Origin: an uncultured virus (IMG/VR IMGVR_UViG_3300014205_009008)
Lineage: Duplodnaviria > Heunggongvirae > Uroviricota > Caudoviricetes
Direction: 5' to 3' (one strand)
IMG/VR virus record: IMGVR_UViG_3300014205_009008
DNA length: 20,000 bases
Shown: piece after piece, positions 1 to 9,184 of the stretch
Position numbering within the stretch: position 1 is the stretch's first letter
How the letters are laid out: each line of letters begins with the position of its first letter
Program-made: the position numbers and the translations under genes
Notes under the pieces: model-generated
The model's input: the letters and a program-made list of their open reading frames with translations, nothing else
Databases searched by the model: none
What the model was told of the DNA's origin: nothing

Positions 1-636
1 AAGGTCATTATCCACTCGGACAGTCAGCTGATGACGAAACAGGTCACCGGCAAGTGGCAGACCACCAAGCCTGAAATCATTTCCCTCTACAACAAGGCAA
101 TGGCGCTCATGGCCAAATACGGATTCACGGTGCAGTGGATTCCCCGTGAAAATAATGCCATGGCAGATGCACTCGCCCAGCAGCAGCGCCTGAAGGGTTC
201 TGGTCGCAGGTACACCCTTGAGGACGGCCGCTTCCGCGTCCACAGGAACACCCCCTGCGTCGAGATCTTCACCGACAAGGAGATGTGCAAGATGCTTCAC
301 ACAAACCGCATGAGCGAGCTCAAGGTCCAACTGGAGGCTGAACTGGAACGCAGCCAGACAGACTTCCCATCCCTGCTCGAAACACTGCAATCCCTGCAGC
401 AGGAAAGCGAAAAGATCCAATCGGGATTGCCCAAGATGAACGGGCTCATCCAAGAATGGGTGGACTCGACATTCCACATGCTGACTGACCACTTGGACAA
501 CTTCATCACTCTTGCCAAAAACGAGGATGACTCTGTCAGCACCGCCCTCCAAGAATTCCTCACCGCCATGGAGGAGAAACAAAGCCACCTTGCGGGAGAG
601 GAAGACGAAACAGCTGAGGAACCAGCCTACGCATAA
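1..636 (+). CDS. RNase HI-like protein (5'-partial) with C-terminal helical/acidic extension
   Basis: Frame is open from base 1: KVIIHSDSQLMTKQVTGKW...FTVQWIPRENNAMADALA. This matches the DSxL and WxPRExNxxADxLA motifs of archaeal/RVT_3-type RNase HI. The start lies upstream of the window. Confidence 0.85.
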   Translation, partial: KVIIHSDSQLMTKQVTGKWQTTKPEIISLYNKAMALMAKYGFTVQWIPRENNAMADALAQQQRLKGSGRRYTLEDGRFRVHRNTPCVEIFTDKEMCKMLHTNRMSELKVQLEAELERSQTDFPSLLETLQSLQQESEKIQSGLPKMNGLIQEWVDSTFHMLTDHLDNFITLAKNEDDSVSTALQEFLTAMEEKQSHLAGEEDETAEEPAYA

Positions 637-1040
637 TGCCAAGTCTAAAACCAAAGCCTCCTAAAGGCTGGACCGCGCACCAGCTAACCAGATTGCCAGC
701 CAAAGGATATTACGTCAGCTACTTTTCCGCAGCTCCGTTCTATACGGCCTATTTCGTAGGAAGCGGAAAATGTGAATACGCAAGATGCCAGCCTACTAAT
801 ATAACTTCTCCTGGTGGAAAGGGATCCACCTTTAGGACTGGGGACTGGCATACGCTGTTGTGGAATTGTGCCCCAACCAAGAAGAAAATCGCAGCATCAA
901 AACTCCTCACCCTAACAGGGAAGTTAGGGCCACATGACGAACAGTTCCACTACTTCAAGGACTACACGGACCTATTAACAGCATGGAATTCCTTCGCACC
1001 ACTATATTCGGCGGTCGCAAAGGCTCCTTCTGACATCTAA
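636..1040 (+). CDS. hypothetical protein
   Basis: 134-aa ORF coupled to the upstream stop by a TAATG overlap; no recognised motif. Confidence 0.7.
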   Translation: MPSLKPKPPKGWTAHQLTRLPAKGYYVSYFSAAPFYTAYFVGSGKCEYARCQPTNITSPGGKGSTFRTGDWHTLLWNCAPTKKKIAASKLLTLTGKLGPHDEQFHYFKDYTDLLTAWNSFAPLYSAVAKAPSDI

Positions 1041-1055
1041 GCTACGCTTAATCCA
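1038..1055 (+). promoter_or_regulatory. hairpin motif copy 1 (TAAGC-TAC-GCTTA), putative phage promoter; predicted +1 at A1055
   Basis: 5-bp inverted repeat with a 3-nt loop, just upstream of the ATG at 1074; one of six intergenic copies. Confidence 0.7.
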
Positions 1056-1073
1056 ATAAACACCGAATCACGC

Positions 1074-2852
1074 ATGAATACCAATTGGAACCTGCAATTG
1101 CTCTATACTGGCATGGATGATCCGCAGATAACAATGGACATCGTAGACTTTGAAAATCAATACATCCAGTTTAACAAGAATTACTCCGGATCAAACCTCG
1201 CAGACAAGGCCACCCTGCTAAAGGCCCTCCAAGATTACACCCGCCTGCTATTTTGCCGTGGGGAGAGGGCAATGATTTATTTCAACTATATCACCGAGCT
1301 CAACAGCTCCGATACAGCAGCGGAAGCAGCCCTCTCGCTCACAACGGAAAGGATCACCAAAGCAAGCAACGAGGTCATCTTCTTTGATCTAAACCTCGGT
1401 AAAATCCCCGCAGAAACCCAGCAGGCTTTCCTGCAGGATCCTGACTTCGCACAATACCGCTATTATTTGGATGGGGTATTCAAGACAGCAAAATACAACC
1501 TGTCAGAAGCCGAGGAAAAGATTATATCACTCAAGGACGGGCCTTCTTACAGCATGTGGGTCAGCGGTCAGGAAAAGCTCCTGAGCCACCAGACAATTAA
1601 CTGGAAAGGCAATATCATCCCGCTCACTGAAGCACAGGAACTTGTTGAATCACTGCCCACAAAAGAACGCCGCAAGCTCCATAAACAGGTAATGGCAAAG
1701 CTCAAATCCGTCAGCGATTTTGCCGAGGCAGAGATCAACGCCGTCTACACCGATAAAAAGATTGATGACGAACTTCGAGGGTTTAAGACCTCCTATGATG
1801 CAACCCTCCTCGAGCACGAAACAACCGAAGACACAGTCTTTGCACTAGTCCAGTCAACGGCTTCAAATATCGCCATTAGTCACAGGTTTTTCAAGCTAAA
1901 GGCCAAACTCCTAGGACTGGAATACCTCACATATGCAGATAGAGCAGTCACCCTGAGCACAGAACAGAAAGAAGTCCCCTTCGAAGCTGGAGTCCAGATC
2001 GTCAGAAAGGCATTTGCTGCAATGGACAGCCAGTTCTCAGACATCTTTGATTCGTATCTAGCCAAGGGGCAAATCGACGTATATCCAAAAAGCGGGAAAA
2101 GTGGTGGGGCATATTGTTCCAGTAGCATCGGCAATCCAACATACGTCCTGTTGAACCACATGCCCGACATGCAGTCAACCGTCACCCTCGCACATGAAAT
2201 GGGGCATGCGATCCACAGCGAGCTCTCAGAATCACAGCCGCCGCTCTATCAAGCCTACACCACCGCCGTCGCTGAAGTAGCCAGCACATTTTTTGAACAG
2301 ATTGTATTCTATAACATGCTCGAAACACTCAGCGTCAAAGAGCAAATAGTGGCCCTCCACGATCGTATCAATCAGGATATCCAGACCACCTACAGGCAGA
2401 TTGCATTCTTCAACTTCGAACTCGAACTTCACCGGACAATGAAGAAGAAGGGGGCGGTATCCAAGGAAGAAATTGCAACCATCCTCAATAAGCATGTTTC
2501 CGAGTACCTAGGGGACAAATTCAAAATGGCGGAAGACGATGGTTTCTTCTTCGTTGGGCTCAGCCACATGCGAGACTTCTTCTATGTCTACTCATACGCC
2601 TATGGCAGTCTGATCAGCAGGGCGATCTACAAGCAATACGCCGAGGACAAGAATGCCCTTGTCAAAATCAAACAATTTCTATCTGCCGGTTGTTCAAAGA
2701 GCCCAGAAGATATTTTCAAAGATATCGGAATCGACATCTCCAAACCAGAATTTTGGGACAACGGCTTCCAAGCAATCGCGGAAGACATCGACAGGCTGGA
2801 AGCATTAATCGCAAACAGCAAGGCGCAGGTCAGCAAATTAGCCCAAAATTAA
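1074..2852 (+). CDS. pepF: M3B family oligoendopeptidase F
   Basis: 592 aa; GKSGGAYC, TLAHEMGHAIH (HExxH), AEVASTFFE and FYVYSYAYG motifs of M3B peptidases. Confidence 0.92.
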   Translation: MNTNWNLQLLYTGMDDPQITMDIVDFENQYIQFNKNYSGSNLADKATLLKALQDYTRLLFCRGERAMIYFNYITELNSSDTAAEAALSLTTERITKASNEVIFFDLNLGKIPAETQQAFLQDPDFAQYRYYLDGVFKTAKYNLSEAEEKIISLKDGPSYSMWVSGQEKLLSHQTINWKGNIIPLTEAQELVESLPTKERRKLHKQVMAKLKSVSDFAEAEINAVYTDKKIDDELRGFKTSYDATLLEHETTEDTVFALVQSTASNIAISHRFFKLKAKLLGLEYLTYADRAVTLSTEQKEVPFEAGVQIVRKAFAAMDSQFSDIFDSYLAKGQIDVYPKSGKSGGAYCSSSIGNPTYVLLNHMPDMQSTVTLAHEMGHAIHSELSESQPPLYQAYTTAVAEVASTFFEQIVFYNMLETLSVKEQIVALHDRINQDIQTTYRQIAFFNFELELHRTMKKKGAVSKEEIATILNKHVSEYLGDKFKMAEDDGFFFVGLSHMRDFFYVYSYAYGSLISRAIYKQYAEDKNALVKIKQFLSAGCSKSPEDIFKDIGIDISKPEFWDNGFQAIAEDIDRLEALIANSKAQVSKLAQN

Positions 2853-3316
2853 TGAGAAGCTCCAAAAGAGAACAGCTCAGGAGGGTTGGTAAGCAACTAA
2901 TCAGAATAATTAAGAAATATTCTCCAAACAAAGATGAGGCTTTAGACGCTACTACACATGTAACTATCATGAGAGAGCTAGGGTTCCGCCGCTCACGCAA
3001 TGGAACCAACGGCGCATGGATCAACAAGCAAAGAGGCTACGTTGTGAAAAGCCCTTACTTATGCTCTTTCGAAGACGGCACTGAAGTTCCAAAGAAAGCC
3101 ATACCAACAATTGTTATTGGCGACAAGAGTTTGGGGCAAATATGGATACAGCCACTTGCGGATACATCTACCGAAGCCGTCCGCAAAGCACGCAAAATAA
3201 TCGTGAAAGGGGAACGCAAATGGGACCCTGAAATGTTTATGAGACATTGGGGTAAAGATGCCCATACCCAAAACATAGGGCTATATAAAAGCAAGCCAGT
3301 GGTTTTTGACTGGTGA
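2852..3316 (+). CDS. minimal protein-kinase-like protein
   Basis: Start placed at ATG 2852 (TAATG coupling) rather than 2690. Motifs YVVKSP, DAHTQNIG and PVVFDW resemble the kinase VAIK, catalytic-loop and DFG motifs. Confidence 0.6.
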   Translation: MRSSKREQLRRVGKQLIRIIKKYSPNKDEALDATTHVTIMRELGFRRSRNGTNGAWINKQRGYVVKSPYLCSFEDGTEVPKKAIPTIVIGDKSLGQIWIQPLADTSTEAVRKARKIIVKGERKWDPEMFMRHWGKDAHTQNIGLYKSKPVVFDW

Positions 3317-3329
3317 ATCATCGCGGATT

Positions 3330-3346
3330 AGGCTACGCCAAATACA
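3330..3346 (+). promoter_or_regulatory. hairpin motif copy 2 (AGGC-TAC-GCC), putative phage promoter; predicted +1 at A3346
   Basis: GGC/GCC stem with TAC loop, intergenic, before the ATG at 3362. Confidence 0.65.
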
Positions 3347-3361
3347 TCCAGAAACAGTAAC

Positions 3362-3835
3362 ATGATCGAAGCAGTTCTCTATTGTGACGCAAGTGTCAAA
3401 GCTGGTTTTTGTGGAATTGGTCTCTGCCTGTTGGACCTAAACGGAAACCTTATCAAAAAACAGAGCCGCCGCCTTTCAGATCGCGGCAAAAATAACACCG
3501 AGGGAGAGGCAGCAGCCATCATCGAAGGTATCAAACTGGCTCAAAAGCACGGCTTTTCCAGCATCAGGATCTACACTGACAGCAAATCGTTGGTTCAAGT
3601 TGCAAACAGGGGCAAAGGTGGGACTAAGATGACCCGCAAATTTGTGAAGGCACTCAGCACTCTCAAAAATCTTATTGCCATCAGCATCAAATGGGTCAAG
3701 GGTCACTCCGGCCAGAAATGGAATACACTCTGTGACAAACTCGCCCGCAACGCAAGCTGGTCAATCACAGACCTCATCACCATCGGGTTCAACAGGCTCT
3801 GCGGTAACTGGGATGTGCCCGGTGCACTCGTTTAA
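3362..3835 (+). CDS. rnhA: ribonuclease HI
   Basis: YCDAS, NNTEGE, IYTDSK and WVKGHSG..WNTLCDKLA supply the D-E-D-H-D catalytic set. Confidence 0.88.
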   Translation: MIEAVLYCDASVKAGFCGIGLCLLDLNGNLIKKQSRRLSDRGKNNTEGEAAAIIEGIKLAQKHGFSSIRIYTDSKSLVQVANRGKGGTKMTRKFVKALSTLKNLIAISIKWVKGHSGQKWNTLCDKLARNASWSITDLITIGFNRLCGNWDVPGALV

Positions 3836-3838
3836 TCA

Positions 3839-4261
3839 GTGAAGAAATCACTCTTCGGTCAGGCTCTAGCAATTGCTAACAGGGAATTGCGCAGCCACCC
3901 AGAATTCAGGCACTACCTGCACTGGAGTTTTATTGTCCGCAAAAACCAGATTATCGAATGGGCCACCAATCATAAATCTCCTCCTCCAATCCAGTTTGGC
4001 TACAGCAGCCAAATCAACAACGCCGAGGCCAAAACCCATTCCGAGTTTGCTGCCTACCGCAGGGCCAGAGGAATCCTGAAAGGCTCGTTTGAAGTCATTA
4101 ACATACGACTTAACAGAAAAGGGGACATGCGCAATAGCGCTCCCTGCAATTGCTGCCAAAATTTCTTGGAAGCCGCCGGATGCGCAAAGGTCTGGCATTC
4201 TACAAACGAAGGCGAATGGCTCAAGGCCACACCAAGCTGGCTACCAGAATTTTCAGAATAG
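3839..4261 (+). CDS. Zn-dependent cytidine/CMP-type deaminase family protein
   Basis: HSE (HxE) and SAPCNCC (PCxxC) motifs; GTG start. Confidence 0.8.
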   Translation: MKKSLFGQALAIANRELRSHPEFRHYLHWSFIVRKNQIIEWATNHKSPPPIQFGYSSQINNAEAKTHSEFAAYRRARGILKGSFEVINIRLNRKGDMRNSAPCNCCQNFLEAAGCAKVWHSTNEGEWLKATPSWLPEFSE

Positions 4262-4326
4262 TTGTCATAATATCCAAAGGCAATAGCCATGCCTGTCGCT
4301 AGCTGTGGGGAAAACATAAATTCGCC

Positions 4327-4773
4327 ATGAAGCTACAAGACCAAATTACCGCCGATATCAAGCAGGCCATGTTGTCCAAGGATACAAACGCCCTAGGCGT
4401 GCTCCGGATGCTCAAGTCCACCCTGACCAACCTTGCCATTGAAAAGAAGACCCAAGAATTGGATGACACCATAGTTCTCTCTGCCGTGCGCAAGAACATC
4501 AAAACACGCCAGGACTCGGTAGATTGCTTCACCAAAGGTGGCAGGCCAGAGCTGGTTGAAAAGGAGCAATCCGAAATCGCCATCCTCGAAAAATACCTAC
4601 CTGTTCAACTAGCAGAATCAGAACTCGTTACCATCATTGACGATGCCATCAAGGAAGTAGGTGCAACATCCAAAAAGGACATGGGAAAGGTCATGAAGGT
4701 TGTCAGTGCCAAGGTAAACGGCGCCGCCGATGGTAAAACCATAAGTGCACTGGTAGGCAAGAAGCTGATGTAA
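4327..4773 (+). CDS. yqeY: GatB/YqeY domain protein
   Basis: Typical YqeY pattern: L...I..D.K.AM..KD...L..LRMLKS, GRPEL..KE..EI..L..YLP.QL and KDMGKVM; 148 aa. Confidence 0.92.
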   Translation: MKLQDQITADIKQAMLSKDTNALGVLRMLKSTLTNLAIEKKTQELDDTIVLSAVRKNIKTRQDSVDCFTKGGRPELVEKEQSEIAILEKYLPVQLAESELVTIIDDAIKEVGATSKKDMGKVMKVVSAKVNGAADGKTISALVGKKLM

Positions 4774-4775
4774 CC

Positions 4776-5135
4776 ATGAGCATGCCAACCACATTACGCG
4801 AGCTGTCAGAGTTAATTGCCACACACAAGATAATCGTACACTCAGACGGACAAAGCGAACTTCTCGCACGAGCTACCTACTGGCAGAACGATAGTGGCTG
4901 GTACATTGTAGACAATGTTACAAATATACCACCTGAGTTGTCTTCCGACAGAATGGATCTTTTCTGGGCATATAGCGATAGACTATGCACCACTTCAGTT
5001 AATACCAAAGTTCTGCAGGATGCGAAATCACTCAGTCCTAGCGAGCTAATCAATTTTGTTCTAGAGCTAAATACCGTAACCAACAAAGGACTGCCCGATG
5101 GCACAATCCGTCTGGAATTTATACCGCTCGCATGA
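4776..5135 (+). CDS. hypothetical protein
   Basis: 119-aa ORF in the operon, with an ATGA overlap to the next gene. Confidence 0.7.
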   Translation: MSMPTTLRELSELIATHKIIVHSDGQSELLARATYWQNDSGWYIVDNVTNIPPELSSDRMDLFWAYSDRLCTTSVNTKVLQDAKSLSPSELINFVLELNTVTNKGLPDGTIRLEFIPLA

Positions 5136-5590
5136 TCCTTTTCATACCACCATTGCAAAGTAAAATCGCCTTAGCGTCACCGTGGACATTCACGCTAAAG
5201 GCCGACTACGAGAACCTCTCATTTATCGAAACAATGGTACAACAAGGGATCATAGACGAATCAGCACTTCTAGCCCTAAAGAATAGCATCTCTCCAAGCA
5301 GGTATACATCCCCAATGAGGAAATACAATTATCATGTATTCCTAACAGACCTAGTAACAGTAACATTACCTGCGGGCTCATATCTTAAGGTAGAAGCAAT
5401 GAGCATGAAGCCGCAAAAAACTGCATTTAGGAGCATATCACTACGCCTGCTGAAGACTCCAACCATGGACTGGAAAAATGCCCGCTTCAAAATAAACATC
5501 GAATACCTCAACACGATGGACATCAAGCCACCAACCATCGGCCCAGCACCAATACCGGCAACCACAACCATACACGCAAATCTATGCTAG
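5132..5590 (+). CDS. hypothetical protein (phage-type)
   Basis: 152 aa, coupled. The LFIPPL...WTF.L and VTLPAG..LKV pattern recalls uncharacterised large-phage proteins (from memory, not a search). Confidence 0.7.
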   Translation: MILFIPPLQSKIALASPWTFTLKADYENLSFIETMVQQGIIDESALLALKNSISPSRYTSPMRKYNYHVFLTDLVTVTLPAGSYLKVEAMSMKPQKTAFRSISLRLLKTPTMDWKNARFKINIEYLNTMDIKPPTIGPAPIPATTTIHANLC

Positions 5591-5754
5591 ACAAAGCTAT
5601 CGACGGAACCGACAAATTGCCAGCACTCATGGCAAAATTCACACTTGCAACCACCCAGAAAGAGCGCGATGCCCTTGCGGCAGAGATGGACCGACTCAAT
5701 GCTGAAATAGACGACGACATCATCGATTCAATCTATGGAGGACGCGAAGCATGA
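5584..5754 (+). CDS. small hypothetical protein (56 aa, not in ORF track)
   Basis: MLDKAIDGTDKLPALMAKF...DSIYGGREA; fills the gap and overlaps both neighbours (ATGA at 5751-5754). Confidence 0.7.
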   Translation: MLDKAIDGTDKLPALMAKFTLATTQKERDALAAEMDRLNAEIDDDIIDSIYGGREA

Positions 5755-6155
5755 AAACCAAGCCGGTCAAAGTTACCATCCCTCTCACATTCGAAGGAAA
5801 GAAATTCTCGCTTGTCAAGTACTCGGGGAACTGGGCAGACGAGATGGATGTGACAGGATTCTCTGTCATGTCAGAAGAAGAGCTTAAAGAGTGGATCGAA
5901 TACATTCCTAAAGAGCCATTCACCTTTGGTGTGGGCAGCAATCAGGAAATCGACTATCGCTCCGTCAAAGCGTTCCTAAAGAACTGCACCATCGAGGAAA
6001 TCTCCAGGGAACAAGCTGAACAGCTTTTTAAACTATTTCCATACAAACACGAAAGGTACCTCGACTGGAGGGATGACAACTACCAGCTCATCGAATATAG
6101 CACCAGGTGCGTTTTCGGACAATTTCCCAATTACAAGGACGAGGAAGAATCCTAA
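5751..6155 (+). CDS. hypothetical protein
   Basis: 134-aa ORF, coupled, with GGAGG upstream. Confidence 0.75.
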   Translation: MKTKPVKVTIPLTFEGKKFSLVKYSGNWADEMDVTGFSVMSEEELKEWIEYIPKEPFTFGVGSNQEIDYRSVKAFLKNCTIEEISREQAEQLFKLFPYKHERYLDWRDDNYQLIEYSTRCVFGQFPNYKDEEES

Positions 6156-6158
6156 ATC

Positions 6159-6587
6159 ATGAAATTCATTCCTACAGACATCCCCGCAGATGAAGTAGAC
6201 GAGATAATTGCCAAAAAGTGCGGGTGGACCGAGCACGAGATCGGAGACGGTGGTATTTATGGCTGGCTTCCACCCGATGGTAAGCATAAGAAAAGTTGGT
6301 GGGGCTCGTACTACTCAGCCAAAGAATTACCAAAATATAGCTCATGCTTAGACGCCATGCACGAAGCCGAAGCATTTCTTAAGGGTGATACAGATTATAT
6401 CCTAGCCAGAGCATATAAACATATTGACAGCACAACCTGGGATACATATTGCAAGACCTTAGCTAGGCTATGCTCACCGGAATCACCGGTGCATGCCACG
6501 GCAGCTCAAAAATCAAGAGCCTTTCTTATAGCAACCGACGAACTCGCACAACTGGAAGTAGAAGAGTACGCACTACTGGAAATCTAA
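6159..6587 (+). CDS. phage protein, ABA-sandwich/NinX-like
   Basis: IA...GW ... LPKYSSCLDAM.EAE ... ATAAQKSRAFL resembles the phage ABA sandwich domain. Confidence 0.6.
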   Translation: MKFIPTDIPADEVDEIIAKKCGWTEHEIGDGGIYGWLPPDGKHKKSWWGSYYSAKELPKYSSCLDAMHEAEAFLKGDTDYILARAYKHIDSTTWDTYCKTLARLCSPESPVHATAAQKSRAFLIATDELAQLEVEEYALLEI

Positions 6588-6589
6588 AT

Positions 6590-6826
6590 ATGTTACCAAT
6601 AGCAACAATTATCGTCATTTCATCTTGGATGGCACCAGCCGCTGTCACCGTTCTAGCAGGGCTTCTGGTAGCAGTAGTAGCAGCCTTGGAATATAGATCA
6701 TTCCGAAACAGCGCCAATTCCGGTTGGCTCGCAGGTGTGTTCACATTCTTCGCACTTATCACAGCCGTTATAAGTATATTAGTTGCCTGGGGAGTTTGGC
6801 TGGCAACTATATTCTTGGGACGTTAA
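6590..6826 (+). CDS. small membrane protein
   Basis: ATG at 6590 follows the previous stop; 78 aa with 2-3 hydrophobic segments. Confidence 0.65.
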   Translation: MLPIATIIVISSWMAPAAVTVLAGLLVAVVAALEYRSFRNSANSGWLAGVFTFFALITAVISILVAWGVWLATIFLGR

Positions 6827-8212
6827 TCAAAAGAGATCCATCTCGGGTCGTTCATCAACCTCAACAAGAGAGTTTATGCATCTTATATGTTCTAGATGTG
6901 CCTCCCACCAGGTTTTACCGCCGCGCAACGGCTTGTCTAAGTCCCTTTTATAACTATCCGGAACAAGCAGGCTTGTAGGTATACGGTGCAAATATCCATT
7001 GTCTGCAGCCAGCTGCATAACATTACGCCCCCACGATACATCTACTTCGGCAATATTTTCAACAGTTAACAAACTACCTAAAAACTCATCATACCCGTCA
7101 TCCTTGGATTGTGCCCCTATAGCCCATGCCAAAACGGAATGCCCACCTTCAGCATTAGGCGGAGTATCAAGAAGGGATAGAACCTCAGGGGTTAATAACT
7201 CCCTTGGTATTTGGTTCAAACATCCAGCGGATGCCGCCTCATGATAAACAGTATACCACTTGTTACTAAGGCGCATATTCTCATCGGTCAACAATTCCTT
7301 TGGTGCACGATCTAAGCACGAATGCTGAGCCAGTGTGTGTAAAACTGTAGAACCATGTTCATCTACCCGCCTGTAATCATCCAGTTTTAACAGCCCCTCG
7401 GGTAGTCTGTTTAAATAGCCCGTAGCAGCCAGCTCATGTAACATATTTGGAGCCCCAGACAGTATTTTCTCAAAATTACGGGCAACATAGCCATTTGGTA
7501 ACTGGTCAAGTTCTCCAAACATCACCAAACTCTGAAAAGCTGTTGTTCCACGAATATTTCTCAATAGCAGATTAGGAAGGTTAATGCACTCTGGTGGTAA
7601 TTCCTTAATCCAGCCCAGACCAATCATTTCATGGAATACCGTAGCCCCAGCTGCGTCCGTCTTGCTAAAGTTTTCGTTAGTCAATATATGCAGTGGTAAG
7701 TTGTGAATATTACCATACATTGCTGCCTGCCTAAAGCAGGTAGGTTTTCCAGGAATTTCCTCATTAAGGTACCGCGATGTAATCAGATCACTAGGGGCAT
7801 GATCCCAGCCAAACTTAGCAGCCTTACTTAACACCTCGTAGCCCATATCAGTAAGTGTAGCATCTGGTTGCAAAAATAGCTCTGCAGGAAGTTGCCCAGC
7901 CTTCCCAAGTCTCACAGCATGATCCAAAACGGTCTGCAGCTCAGTATAGGGTTCGTTAAACAAAGCCCTTGTCATGGACTCCTTTGGCACCTGCGCTATT
8001 TTATCATTCGAAATCATCGCGGCCATAACCGTCACACCAAGAGCATCTCTCAAGCCCAAATTTTCCTCAGTCAGAGCCCAATCGGGAATTACAGCATCAG
8101 GGTAACGTGCATAATTATGTAAGGTTGTAGAGCCTGCAAAGTCACGCCGAACCCAATATTCAGGGTCCTCAGGCGTAGGTCCAAACAACAATTCCCTTAG
8201 TTTCTTAAGCAC
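6827..8212 (-). CDS. ankyrin-like repeat protein, long type (ends PEMDLF)
   Basis: Degenerate repeats such as TVLHTLAQHSCLDRAPKELLTDENM; paralog of 16460-17863. Confidence 0.8.
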   Translation of the reverse strand: MLKKLRELLFGPTPEDPEYWVRRDFAGSTTLHNYARYPDAVIPDWALTEENLGLRDALGVTVMAAMISNDKIAQVPKESMTRALFNEPYTELQTVLDHAVRLGKAGQLPAELFLQPDATLTDMGYEVLSKAAKFGWDHAPSDLITSRYLNEEIPGKPTCFRQAAMYGNIHNLPLHILTNENFSKTDAAGATVFHEMIGLGWIKELPPECINLPNLLLRNIRGTTAFQSLVMFGELDQLPNGYVARNFEKILSGAPNMLHELAATGYLNRLPEGLLKLDDYRRVDEHGSTVLHTLAQHSCLDRAPKELLTDENMRLSNKWYTVYHEAASAGCLNQIPRELLTPEVLSLLDTPPNAEGGHSVLAWAIGAQSKDDGYDEFLGSLLTVENIAEVDVSWGRNVMQLAADNGYLHRIPTSLLVPDSYKRDLDKPLRGGKTWWEAHLEHIRCINSLVEVDERPEMDLF

Positions 8213-8217
8213 ACTTA

Positions 8218-8247
8218 ATTATAGCACCAGCATAATGGAAAAGGCAA
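8218..8247 (-). promoter_or_regulatory. sigma70-like promoter, predicted leaderless
   Basis: TTGCCT-18-TATAAT (extended TGc), 5 nt before the GTG at 8212. Confidence 0.7.
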
Positions 8248-8274
8248 CCAAACACACCAAACAGAATAACCGAC

Positions 8275-8454
8275 ATGAAAATTTATCGGACAGCATTTCA
8301 ATGGAACGAGACATACGACACAACCGCCCACTGGATAGATATCATTAAACAACTTGGATACATCGTCTATGATATAGCCCCAAACGGAGCCGCCTACTGC
8401 GAGTATGCCATCAGCAAAAGAGTAGTCAAGAAATACAAGGGAAAGGAAGTGTAG
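8275..8454 (+). CDS. small hypothetical protein (59 aa, not in ORF track)
   Basis: MKIYRTAFQWNETYDTTAHWIDIIKQLGY...KGKEV; fills the intergenic gap on the main coding strand. Confidence 0.6.
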   Translation: MKIYRTAFQWNETYDTTAHWIDIIKQLGYIVYDIAPNGAAYCEYAISKRVVKKYKGKEV

Positions 8455-8471
8455 GCAAAAACATAAATAAC

Positions 8472-8738
8472 GTGCCAGATATTTACCTCAACCTTGACCA
8501 GCAAGCGCACAAGATCGTCATACGCGACCTATACGACCATATTCTGCACAAATCAGTAACATTGGAGGAAATAGTCATATCCAATGAGGACTGCACCGTA
8601 GTAATCAAGGGTCAACCAATCCTTCGCTGGGACCGCCACCTGCATTACCCAACTGCAGAAAATCACCCGATAGCCGCGTACCTATTCTTGCGAGCTATCG
8701 AAGATATCATACTCTCTAAGAAAGAAATCACCCATTAA
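8472..8738 (+). CDS. hypothetical protein
   Basis: 88-aa ORF with GTG start. Confidence 0.6.
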   Translation: MPDIYLNLDQQAHKIVIRDLYDHILHKSVTLEEIVISNEDCTVVIKGQPILRWDRHLHYPTAENHPIAAYLFLRAIEDIILSKKEITH

Positions 8739-8743
8739 CAATT

Positions 8744-9145
8744 ATGTACAAGAAACCAATATATTGCGTCGGACTAGCCCACAACTTTGGTCGCACAGGC
8801 GAGTTTTTAGGAGCATCAATGCGCTACGCAGGATTCGTACAGGTAAGGTGGGACGGGGAGAACAGGTCAGTACAGCTCCAAAGAAAAGATATCATCATGA
8901 CCTCCACGCTTGAGCGACCAACTGCCTATGTGGACCGCGCTAAATGCATTCCAAGTACGCAGCGCAAACACAACTACCCAAAATCAAGGAAACCTGCCAG
9001 CTCATTTAGCCTCTTCTCAAAATCCAAGCTCCGATGCCAGAGCAAGTGTTCAGCGTCAGGAACGCCATGCCAGAAGCGCAAAGGTCATAAAGGAACACAT
9101 TCTGGATGGATATACAAGTGGGGGAAAAAGCACTCACGCGCATAA
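8744..9145 (+). CDS. basic hypothetical protein with possible C-terminal Cys/His metal site
   Basis: CQSKCSASGTPCQKRKGHKGTH near the C-terminus. Confidence 0.6.
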   Translation: MYKKPIYCVGLAHNFGRTGEFLGASMRYAGFVQVRWDGENRSVQLQRKDIIMTSTLERPTAYVDRAKCIPSTQRKHNYPKSRKPASSFSLFSKSKLRCQSKCSASGTPCQKRKGHKGTHSGWIYKWGKKHSRA

Positions 9146-9149
9146 GCTG

Positions 9150-9179
9150 TTGACTAGCCGAACTAAATAGCGCTAGAAT
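9150..9179 (+). promoter_or_regulatory. sigma70-like promoter, predicted leaderless
   Basis: TTGACT-18-TAGAAT, 5 nt before the ATG at 9185. Confidence 0.75.
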
Positions 9180-9184
9180 CACTC

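Noticed and set aside
2690..2851. N-terminal extension of the 208-aa ORF
   Set aside because: It overlaps pepF by more than 160 nt; the coupled ATG at 2852 is more plausible.
8823..8829. Seventh GCTACGC occurrence
   Set aside because: It lies inside a CDS, has no stem extension and lacks the A[AG] left flank; probably chance.
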